This document shows, piece by piece, positions 38,763 to 48,725 of a DNA stretch of 64,000 bases (positions are counted from its first letter, which is position 1; each line of letters starts with the position of its first letter). The DNA lies in the NCBI GenBank assembly GCA_051530055.1, contig CM121342.1, forward strand, positions 3,409,489 to 3,473,488, in the 5' to 3' direction. The notes under the pieces were generated by a model. That model saw only the letters and a program-made list of their open reading frames with translations. It made no database searches and was not told the DNA's origin. The stretch comes from Neoechinorhynchus agilis (lineage: Eukaryota; Animalia; Acanthocephala). The translations under genes and the position numbers were made by a program.

Positions 38763-38909
38763 CTAATCTGCTTTCGCTGTCCTCGTGCTTTTTCGATAGC
38801 TTTCGATGTATCCCGATAATTTTAGACCTTTAAGTTGTCAGTGTGTGTCGACTGTTCGTTCTCACGGTCTCTCCAACAGATATCAATCTATTGTTAGGAT
38901 TTAAACTAG

Positions 38910-39539
38910 ATGACCGGTAATCGCAAATGCATTGTCAGTCACCAGCACAGCCCTAGGACATGTGCCAAAGGTTATCCCGGACAAAAGTCGTATAACGTCC
39001 TCACAAATTCGGGAGCCGTATCGCTATCGTACTCGACTTCAAGTGGATATTCCAGCGATCATTCATTAAAAGGACCTAAGAAGTTTTCCAGTGAGCTTAG
39101 GCACGATCATTTATCGAATATAGAAGTGAACCTCGACGAAAGGCCGGACCCCTTGCGCGAGAAATGCAACTGCCTTCGTAAATCTGTTAAAAAAGGATGT
39201 CAGAGAATCCGTGAAGCTTTTCCTTCAATCCTACCGTGTGCTGCAGTCCAAATAGTGGAAGAAGAAGATCCTATTAAGTGGCATAATGCAAGAGCGTATA
39301 AAAACAATTACAACGTAATTTCTCCATCCGGAAAATATCGTCAATATTTTAGTTCCATGATTTTGGAAGCAAGCAGATATGATAATCAACCTTTTGCAAG
39401 TGATGAAGATATTCTTTGTGATCTTGAAGTGCGAGCATATTTTTTCCCGTCAGAGGTTAAGCACATTGAACAGCTAAGAAGGACGAGATTGTTCGATCCG
39501 GTTCCCAGAAAGGGGTTCATTCGATCTACATTGTGTTGA
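38910..39539 (+). CDS. Hypothetical 209-aa protein, Ser-rich N-terminus
   Basis: 630-nt ORF with AATAAA ~40 nt downstream; no family recognised. Confidence 0.6.
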   Translation: MTGNRKCIVSHQHSPRTCAKGYPGQKSYNVLTNSGAVSLSYSTSSGYSSDHSLKGPKKFSSELRHDHLSNIEVNLDERPDPLREKCNCLRKSVKKGCQRIREAFPSILPCAAVQIVEEEDPIKWHNARAYKNNYNVISPSGKYRQYFSSMILEASRYDNQPFASDEDILCDLEVRAYFFPSEVKHIEQLRRTRLFDPVPRKGFIRSTLC

Positions 39540-39639
39540 ACGGTTCACACGAGATTTTTTGAGCACGATTTGTGTAATTAATAAATGTACGTTAACTAAG
39601 AAATTTGTGTTAAGATCGAAAAAATCTTCTATTTGAACC

Positions 39640-42063
39640 AGTTTCTCAGTTTATAAAAACAAAAAACCCAACCTTCGATTTGATTGATATATTGCGCAGA
39701 TCATAACAAACTCATTAATTTATTTGTGTCTGCCATTTTAAGCAAATAAAATGGTTCGTTTTTCTCGTATTTATAAAACCCACACCGATTTTAGTTTCTC
39801 AGTTTATAAAAACAAAAAACCCAACCTTCGATTTGATTGATATATTGCGCAGATCATAACAAACTCATTAATTTATTTGTGTCTGCCATTTTAAGCAAAT
39901 AAAATGGTTCGTTTTTCTCGTATTTATAAAACCCACACCGATTTTAGTTTCTCAGTTTATAAAAACAAAAAAACCCAACCTTCGATTTGATTGATATATT
40001 GCGCAGATCATAACAAACTCATTAATTTATTTGTGTCTGCGATTTTAAGCAAATAAAATGGTTCGTTTTTCTCGTATTTATAAAACCCACACCGATTTTA
40101 GTTTCTCAGTTTATAAAAACAAAAAAAACCCAACCTTCGATTTGATTGATATATTGCGCAGATCATAACAAACTCATTAATTTATTTGTGTCTGCCATTT
40201 TAAGCAAATAAAATGGTTCGTTTTTCTCGTATTTATAAAACCCACACCGATTTTAGTTTCTCAGTTTATAAAAACAAAAAACCCAACCTTCGATTTGATT
40301 GATATATTGCGCAGATCATAACAAACTCATTAATTTATTTGTGTCTGCCATTTTAAGCAAATAAAATGGTTCGTTTTTCTCGTATTTATAAAACCCACAC
40401 CGATTTTAGTTTCTCAGTTTATAAAAACAAAAAACCCAACCTTCGATTTGATTGATATATTGCGCAGATCATAACAAACTCATTAATTTATTTGTGTCTG
40501 CCATTTTAAGCAAATAAAATGGTTCGTTTTCTCGTATTTATAAAACCCACCGATTTAGTTTCTCAGTATAAAAACAAAAAACCCAACCTTCGATTTGATT
40601 GATATATTGCGCAGATCATAACAAACTCATTAATTTATTTGTGTCTGCCATTTTAAGCAAATAAAATGGTTCGTTTTTCTCGTATTTATAAAACCCACAC
40701 CGATTTTAGTTTCTCAGTTTATAAAAACAAAAAACCCAACCTTCGATTTGATTGATATATTGCGCAGATCATAACAAACTCATTAATTTATTTGTGTCTG
40801 CCATTTTAAGCAAATAAAATGGTTCGTTTTTCTCGTATTTATAAAACCCACACCGATTTTAGTTTCTCAGTTTATAAAAACAAAAAACCCAACCTTCGAT
40901 TTGATTGATATATTGCGCAGATCATAACAAACTCATTAATTTATTTGTCTGCGATTTTAAGCAAATAAAATGGTTCGTTTTCTCGTATTTATAAAACCCA
41001 CACCGATTTTAGTTTCTCAGTTTATAAAAACAAAAAACCCAACCTTCGATTTGATTGATATATTGCGCAGATCATAACAAACTCATTAATTTATTTGTCT
41101 GCGATTTTAAGCAAATAAAATGGTTCGTTTTTCTCGTATTTATAAAACCCACACCGATTTTAGTTTCTCAGTTTATAAAAACAAAAAACCCAACCTTCGA
41201 TTTGATTGATATATTGCGCAGATCATAACAAACTCATTAATTTATTTGTCTGCCATTTTAAGCAATAAAATGGTTCGTTTTTCTCGTATTTATAAAACCC
41301 ACACCGATTTTAGTTTCTCAGTTTATAAAAACAAAAAACCCAACCTTCGATTTGATTGATATATTGCGCAGATCATAACAAACTCATTAATTTATTTGTG
41401 TCTGCCATTTTAAGCAAATAAAATGGTTCGTTTTTCTCGTATTTATAAAACCCACACCGATTTTAGTTTCTCAGTTTATAAAAACAAAAAACCCAACCTT
41501 CGATTTGATTGATATATTGCGCAGATCATAACAAACTCATTAATTTATTTGTGTCTGCCATTTTAAGCAAATAAAATGGTTCGTTTTTCTCGTATTTATA
41601 AAACCCACACCGATTTTAGTTTCTCAGTTTATAAAAACAAAAAACCCAACCTTCGATTTGATTGATATATTGCGCAGATCATAACAAACTCATTAATTTA
41701 TTTGTCTGCCATTTTAAGCAAATAAAATGGTTCGTTTTTCTCGTATTTATAAAACCCACACCGATTTTAGTTTCTCAGTTTATAAAAACAAAAAACCCAA
41801 CCTTCGATTTGATTGATATATTGCGCAGATCATAACAAACTCATTAATTTATTTGTGTCTGCCATTTTAAGCAAATAAAATGGTTCGTTTTTCTCGTATT
41901 TATAAAACCCACACCGATTTTAGTTTCTCAGTTTATAAAAACAAAAAACCCAACCTTCGATTTGATTGATATATTGCGCAGATCATAACAAACTCATTAA
42001 TTTATTTGTGTCTGCGATTTTAAGCAAATAAAATGGTTCGTTTTTCTCGTATTTATAAAACCC
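39640..42063. repeat. Tandem satellite, 153-bp unit, ~16 copies
   Basis: Unit GTTTCTCAGTTTATAAAAACAAAAAACCCAACCTTCG...; spacing 39641 to 39794. Confidence 0.98.
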
Positions 42064-42270
42064 GCCTATCAAAGTCAAGTTATCTCTACACTTTCGAAAA
42101 TCCTACATTAAAAATCGTACTTACCTAGTCCACCACCACCACCACCGCGACTTTTGTTATACTTTACCCTGTCAAAAAGGACACAAAAAACACTTGACAT
42201 TTGTACAAAGAGCATTTGAAACAAAAATGTTTTATATATAATCGCTCTCTTTCGTGAAGACGGTCCTCAA

Positions 42271-43608
42271 ATGCTTCTCGCTTTTCTTTTTTTTACTAAT
42301 ATCTTCTCAGTTGGTACATCTACAAACCACTTGTTCACATTATGCGATTATCCCGAGATTAATGGCAGTACCGTCAAGTTCAATAAATGCGGCCACAGAT
42401 CTTCATGGTTTGTGAGTACTTCAAGCAAAGTACAGATAGAAATATTGGGCAAAAAGGGAACCTTTAAGGTTTTTGAATCTATCGGTTTAAACATCAACGA
42501 CTTCCCGGACGATTTTTCTGCTCAATTCGTAAATATAGAGGAAGTCAAGATATTGGAACCGAGGGATAAGAACAAAGCAAGAATAAAGCCTTTCAGTGGT
42601 GCCAAGAAGCTCTCCATAAACAATGGTTCTCTTACATCGATAGAACAATTTGCTTTCGACTCCTTTGACCGACTTACTCATCTTTCGCTTTCACATAATC
42701 TGCTCGAACGCATGGAATATGAAGTCCTGCAGGATATGAAACAACTTACTCATCTTGAACTCAGTTACAACAAGATAAGGGAGACTTCACCGATAGTCGC
42801 TAAATGTGGTCTTAAATACATTGGCTTATCTCACAATGATGTTAGGAATATTTTAATTTCCGATGAGGCTTGTTTGAAGGATCTCGACGAACTCGATCTT
42901 CGATTTAATCCTCTTCTTTTGATTACCGTTGATAAAAGCGGTATAAATCTAAAGAAGTTAAGATTCTCGGTAGTGCAAGAAATGGCAGATATGTTTGAAA
43001 ATGTAAAAAAATTAACTAAACTCACATGGATAGAAATGGTTGGATCAGAGGTTATGTCGTTTGATGTATCTTCGATTAAAGGCTTCAATGCACTTATGTA
43101 TCTTGGACTGACTAATACTTTACTGTTTAAGGTTCCTTCTGGTCTCAGTGAAACTAATGAAAAGGTCTCAATACTCGATCTGGGAAGTAACTATATCACA
43201 AAAATCGCAGAACATGATTTCGCTCATTGGGATAGCATACAAGTACTTGTGCTTAGTAACAACTTTATTTGGAACATAGAACCTTTTGCTTTTGGTTATC
43301 TTCAAATATTGGAACAGTTATATCTCGCCTCAAATCTTATAGAACGTATTGATATTCATTCCTTCTTCGGTCTAAAGAATGTTAAAATTCTCGATTTGTA
43401 TGACAATCGTATTGAAGTTGTGGAAAGTGATACTTTAAAACATTTAATATTGCTCGAACAGCTCATTCTGGAGAAAAATCCAATAAGAAGTATTCATCCC
43501 GCTGCTTTGGATCATTCAACGAAGTTTAAAGAACTCAACATTAAAGAAAACAAGATAAGTGATTCGGCAATTATTTTCGCTGACGCTAAATACAAAGTCA
43601 TTGAATAA
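42271..43608 (+). CDS. Secreted leucine-rich repeat protein (445 aa, intronless)
   Basis: Signal peptide MLLAFLFFTNIFSVGT; repeated LxxLxLSxNxI/L..F motifs; no TM anchor. Confidence 0.92.
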   Translation: MLLAFLFFTNIFSVGTSTNHLFTLCDYPEINGSTVKFNKCGHRSSWFVSTSSKVQIEILGKKGTFKVFESIGLNINDFPDDFSAQFVNIEEVKILEPRDKNKARIKPFSGAKKLSINNGSLTSIEQFAFDSFDRLTHLSLSHNLLERMEYEVLQDMKQLTHLELSYNKIRETSPIVAKCGLKYIGLSHNDVRNILISDEACLKDLDELDLRFNPLLLITVDKSGINLKKLRFSVVQEMADMFENVKKLTKLTWIEMVGSEVMSFDVSSIKGFNALMYLGLTNTLLFKVPSGLSETNEKVSILDLGSNYITKIAEHDFAHWDSIQVLVLSNNFIWNIEPFAFGYLQILEQLYLASNLIERIDIHSFFGLKNVKILDLYDNRIEVVESDTLKHLILLEQLILEKNPIRSIHPAALDHSTKFKELNIKENKISDSAIIFADAKYKVIE

Positions 43609-43854
43609 AAGAAAAAATTTTCTATGAAAAGGAAAAACTCGATCGAATTTACCAAAAAAACACAATTCTCACTTTATAATGGACTAAATTTAACTGTATA
43701 TCATTTTTGCTTCCATACTCGTAAACCGATTAATAAACACATTAAAAGGTCTCATTTGCAACAGTAGAATTTATGTGACTTTAATTTTGGTCAGATTTAC
43801 GGTCCAAAAATGTCCATTGCCGCAATTTATCATCAACGTAAACCAAACAAGAAT

Positions 43855-44499
43855 TTATTTTTTAGCGATCTTTAAAACTTTGGCAACCCATATAGGATCG
43901 CATAAAAGTATTAGCAACTCGAATAAATCAGGAAACTCTTCTTCTTCTTTTAGTTCTCGTCGGATCCTGTTCTCAAGCGCTTCAATTGAACTTTCGTGAA
44001 CTTTACGAAGAATCAGCTTAGAACGTCTATGGAAATAAATTTCTAACAAACGCAAATCGAGTGCTACGCTAAGTGCACTTTTAAATTCCATGTAACTAAT
44101 CGTCCCGTTCCCTGCATAATCAATCAATTTAAACATATTTTCAAGACGCTCGCTGTCGAGCACAAATCCACGTAGAAGTAAAAAAGTATTAATATGATCT
44201 TTCTCAATCTCTAGCTTCGAACATCCTCGGATTTCATGATAAAATTCAGCCGTTTTTTTACTGAACATATTTCCTCGATTAGTAGGTTTTAATGTGTAAA
44301 AGCGCTTCTGGAGGTCGTTCAATGGGTCGGTGTAAACCTCCCATGAAAAGGCATCGCGTTGAAGTTCCTTGTTTTTAAATACATTTCCGCACTTTTGGGT
44401 ACCATTTTCATTACTACAATTTTGTATGAGGGACTCTAGGTCGAAATTGACCACTTCCTTGGCAGAATAAATTCGTTCTTCGTCTTCAACCGGTTCCAT
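43855..44499 (-). CDS. EF-hand-containing protein (214 aa)
   Basis: MFKLIDYAGNGTISYMEFKSAL fits an EF-hand loop. Confidence 0.7.
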   Translation of the reverse strand: MEPVEDEERIYSAKEVVNFDLESLIQNCSNENGTQKCGNVFKNKELQRDAFSWEVYTDPLNDLQKRFYTLKPTNRGNMFSKKTAEFYHEIRGCSKLEIEKDHINTFLLLRGFVLDSERLENMFKLIDYAGNGTISYMEFKSALSVALDLRLLEIYFHRRSKLILRKVHESSIEALENRIRRELKEEEEFPDLFELLILLCDPIWVAKVLKIAKK

Positions 44500-44583
44500 T
44501 CTGGTTTCGTGGCGTGATTAAGAAACTACTGTTGATATTATCCATAAATGCCATGGAAACTTCGTTTCAAAAAAAAGGATTGT

Positions 44584-45298
44584 AACCCGTAGATAACTCG
44601 ATGTCTATTGGTTGTTTGGTATCTGAATGAAATGTATCGACAATGTGTAAAACTTTTAACTTCAGAACATCGCTATGAATTATTTGAGAAAATAGTGAAA
44701 TACTACTCGATTTTCCAGCTTTAAAATGATGAAGAAAATCTTTATTTCCGAGCGTTCGTCGTCTTATGGCTTCTTCAGGAATTAAAGTATTTTATTCACA
44801 CTCAAATACACATGCCTATCTCCTCCTTTATTTAGAAATATCTTTATGGAACATCGTAGTTATCCGTTTGCCTTCATTCGACTGTGAATAAAATACTTAA
44901 ATAATTCAAGAAAAGCCGTAACCCGTAGATAACTCGATGTCTATTGGTTGTTTGGTATCTGAATGAAATGTATCGACTATGTGTAAAACTTTTAACTTCA
45001 GAACATCGCTATGAATTATTTGAGAAAATAGTGAAATACTACTCGATTTTCCAGCTTTAAAATGATGAAGAAAATCTTTATTTCCGAGCGTTCGTCGTCT
45101 TATGGCTTCTTCAGGAATTAAAGTATTTTATTCACACTCAAATACACATGCCTATCTCCTCCTTTATTTAGAAATATCTTTATGGAACACCGTAGTTATC
45201 CGTTTGCCTTCATTCGACTGTGAATAAAATACTTAAATAATTCATGAGAAAGCCGTAAAACGGCGTACGCTCGGAAATAAAGATTTTTCTTTATCATT
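44584..45298. repeat. 336-bp x2 tandem duplication overlapping a fold-back related to family A
   Basis: Units at 44584 and 44920. AATGATGAAGAAAATCTTTATTTCCGAGCGT (44725, 45061) is complementary to 45267-45298. Confidence 0.88.
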
Positions 45299-45313
45299 AC
45301 AACAGTTCGCATA

Positions 45314-45609
45314 AGTGTCAATTTAAAAAACAATACTTGGTTATTTCTATTCTTTTTTTTAATGTATGATTAATATTTTCTACATGAAATCAACCACACC
45401 ACTGCTTTCTATTCTTAAATAAGATCTTTAGATCGGAAAATTTTCCTTTTGAGATTATGGTAGTGTCAATTTAAAAAACAATACTTGGTTATTTCTATTC
45501 TTTTTTTAATGTATGATTAATATTTTCTACATGAAATCAACCACACCACTGCTTTCTATTCTTAAATAAGATCTTTAGATCGGAAAATTTTCCTTTTGAG
45601 ATTATGGTA
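45314..45609. repeat. 148-bp x2 tandem duplication
   Basis: AGTGTCAATTTAAAAAACAATACTTGG at 45314 and 45462. Confidence 0.92.
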
Positions 45610-45699
45610 ATTGCACATATTTCAATGCTAAGATGACCCAATGTATAAAAATTGAAAAGAAATTATTTTAGTTTCAGTTTTAATTAGCGATGTTTGATT

Positions 45700-45975
45700 C
45701 AGAGCCTTTTCGTTGACCTTCTTCAGTCAATCTTCAATTTAAAAGAAGCATTGTCAAATAGTTTATCCGATGGGACTCGCAGACTGAGTTTGTAGTCAGC
45801 TTTGTTGCTTGCAAGAACTTCGGTGCCATCCAAATTGATCGCGTGCCCACTGTCATTGATGTGAGACACTAATGCCATGGTCACATCAGACTTTTTGATA
45901 GCTGCTCTTCTGTGCTCAGCAGCCCTTCCGTTTATAGATTGTTCGTTTGAACCACTTTCAAGATAAATCTATTTC
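45700..45975 (-). mobile_element. PLE GIY-YIG C-terminal remnant followed by a degenerate hammerhead
   Basis: Translates as QSINGRAAEHRRAAIKKSDVTMALVSHINDSGHAINLDGTEVLAS, then CTGAAGA-A-GGTCAAC-GAAA. Confidence 0.65.
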
Positions 45976-46509
45976 GGAATCAAACATCGCTAATTGAAAC
46001 TACAAAAAATTGAGTCTGCGGCTAGCTTACGATTTATACTATAGATACAATCATACAAAGAGAGAGTATCGAAATTTATTCCAATGATCTTCAAAAAGAG
46101 CATTTCGTATAAGCGATTCCTTCGAAAATAATCGATTGAATTTCCCTTCCTTTTAAAATTCATCAACAAAAGATCACACATTGGCTTTATCCTGCCAGCT
46201 TACAAAGCTATAAAATCGAAGTTTTACATACTTAAATTAAGGTGAAATTAAATATTTAATTTTTAAACTCATTTGATCGAATGGCACTATTAAATAAAAT
46301 GTGAAATAGTAAAGTTTTCCTACGAAAACTGCAACCGAGAGAGATATAGAAAGCGGCGAGCACATCTTTGAGAGAAACGAAAACGCTCAAATACTCCAAA
46401 TATCTTAGAATTGTACAGAAAATATCTAAAAACCGAAAAGCAATGCTCAATAAAACATTTATTATATTATAATTTTGGTGAACATATTCCCCCGGTAATA
46501 GCATATTTG

Positions 46510-47700
46510 ATTTATTGGAGATATTTCGCGAGATAACCCCGCCTCATCAGTCATCTAAAAATACGTTTTTCACCTTAGGGTTTTAAGCTCGAGTGCGCGG
46601 GATCACCAAACCCGAAGTTCACGGACCAATTATCCGCTCGTTTTTTTCCCATTGATTTCAGTATTGATTTTTAACACGTCTCTGGGTGGAAGTTTCAAGC
46701 TAAAATTAGCTTTATTTCCTTCCATTGTGTTGGACACAGCGACGTGTAAGGCTTCCAAAAGAAGCCTTCTTTTTAAGTTTTGCTCTATTTCTATAAAGTT
46801 GGTGCCACCAAAATCCGCTCGATGCTTACATGTCTCTTGATGATTTGAGATTGCCGACGAATGCTCAAATCGACTGGAAGTTTGCTTATGTTGAGCGACC
46901 CTCTTCTCAATGCCTTGCATCGTTTCTCCTATTTAGACTCTATCACACTGTTCACAGTGCATTCTATGGATCCCATGACTCAATTTTACCCTTTTTCTTG
47001 AATGTGCTTCTGAGAGCGATTCCTTTAGTATTGTATAGACGAATTCCAACCTTCTTAACTCATAATGAGGCGAGGTTGCTTCTTTCGATATGACCGATTG
47101 ATTATTTTCACCAAAAGTATTCAAATGTGTATTTTTGCCAGATTTTTCGGAGTTCATATAAACACGTTTTATTGATTAAGAAAAACGATCCATACACCTG
47201 CCAGCATCTATCTTTGCTGAAGGTGTCTTGATGTCGGATGTTTAGGCAGGGAGGTGGGACTTGTCTTTGAATGACCGATTGGGAGTCTTTCCTTGTTCTC
47301 CGGTTATTAAGGAAAGATTGGGCTTGGGGAGGAAAGATTTTTGGTAGAGGGTTGTACGAGCGAGGGGGGGTGAAAAAGGTTTGGGTTCCGGGTGTTTACT
47401 AGGGAAGAGTATTTAGAGATGAAAGAAGAAAACTGTGGAGGGGGGTTTAAGAAGACGGAGGGCGTTTTTGGAGAAAATGGAGTGGAGGTGGGCGTCGAGG
47501 GGAGGGAGTGAAGTCCCGCACATTCTCGCTGATCTCTTATGGAAGGTTTCGAGGGAATGGATAGCATTGACGGAGAGGGAGAGGAAAGTGGGGAAGGCAC
47601 ATGTAAGGATCGGAAGAGCAAGTCAACTCTTCCCATTTGTTAGCTTCTCCAGATTCGTAGGGTATTTGATAATTTCAACGAAAATCGGTTTGCTCAAACC
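46510..47700 (-). mobile_element. Decayed Penelope-like element: thumb remnants, GIY-YIG and 3' hammerhead
   Basis: GIHRMHCEQCDRV*IGETMQGIEKRVAQHK...SAISNHQETCKH...EQNLKRRLLLEALH is a clear PLE GIY-YIG. The 47200-47700 part is assigned more weakly (RKPS, GLHSLPRR fragments). Confidence 0.8.
46512..46558 (-). ncRNA. Minimal hammerhead motif at PLE 3' end
   Basis: CTGATGA-G-GCG(gg)..(ct)CGC-GAAA-TAT-C; stem I only partly paired. Confidence 0.65.
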
Positions 47701-48022
47701 GCATGTTGATCAAATTGTCGACTGATCCCTCAACCTCATATTATCATTTCCGCTTATAAACGATTGAAAACAAATGTCTATTTTTGCTTAATATTTCGGA
47801 GTTTATCAATTTTTTCATGGTCTTCAGGAAAATTATTTTGGTTAAGCACAATAACGGGTTGCACGTTGGCCGTCTCCTTCGGCCATCAGTTCCACTTTTT
47901 CACCTCGTTTGAGATCCAATGGTCTTTCGTTTGAAACTTACAGCCGTCAAAACCTATACTCCTTGATCTTGGAACTGTGAGTGGTAGTAGGCCAATGCGA
48001 ATTCGTAAGTGTTAGAGGTTTC

Positions 48023-48205
48023 TTTGTTGGTTAATTTGGAGAACTACAATTGATTATATATTAAATTCAATATTTCGATCCTCTATCTTGGATCTTCTTC
48101 AGGTCGTAAACACTTGCAAACAATTCTGAAGAAGATCCAAGATAGGGGATCGAAATATTGAATTTAATAAATAATCAATTGTAGTTCTCCAAAACAACCA
48201 ACAAA
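48023..48205. mobile_element. Family A fold-back element with intact hammerhead cores on both strands
   Basis: Both arms read CTGAAGA-A-GATCC-aagatag(a/g)-GGATC-GAAATATT; stem I is weak. Confidence 0.9.
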
Positions 48206-48269
48206 CAATGAATCATATTTTCAAATGTTTCTTTGTCTTTCAAATATAGACGGTTCTTGTGCTGAGCAC

Positions 48270-48390
48270 AGAGGTTTTCCTGAGTCGTAGGAGCACTCAT
48301 GTAGACCAACATCTACTCACTAACAAATGGGATCCTAAGGATCAGTAAGGAATCACTACTCTTTTCCTTCTTTAAAGAGCGTCCACCCAC
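48270..48390 (+). mobile_element. PLE RT-thumb fragment between two fold-backs
   Basis: RRSTHVDQHL...WDPKDQ*GITTL...RA resembles the PLE motif YRKPTHTDQYL...HP...K.G.I.TL..RA. Confidence 0.45.
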
Positions 48391-48438
48391 CGATTCCGTT
48401 CCTCATCGCCTCCAACGAAGATGAACAAATCCGTTGTT

Positions 48439-48593
48439 ATTTGTCGATAGGAGAAAAATGAGATTAAGATTTTATTGGATATTTCGATCCCCTATCTCGG
48501 ATTTGCAAGTGTTTACGACGTTAGATCTTGTGACAAGTGGATCGGAATATCCAATAAATTTTTAATTTCATTTATTTTCTCCTATCGACAAAT
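48439..48593. mobile_element. Family A fold-back element, hammerheads partly deleted
   Basis: ATTTGTCGATAGGAG / CTCCTATCGACAAAT ends; GATATTTCGATCCCCTATCTCGGAT arm. Confidence 0.88.
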
Positions 48594-48725
48594 CCAACGT
48601 CTTTGATTTGTAAGGCTGACGAAGTTCATTGCAAAAAAGAGGAACTTATAAAAAATATTAGGACAACATGAAAGAATCTCTGATTAGAAGACATTCTCAC
48701 AAAGACAAATGCACTTTGTATAACG

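Noticed and set aside
42130-42150. (CCA)n-CCGC tract, also at 54841-54863
   Set aside because: Simple microsatellite; no further shared sequence.
47307-47725. Pro/Ser-rich and antisense ORFs
   Set aside because: They reflect the purine/pyrimidine skew of the decayed PLE region rather than host genes.
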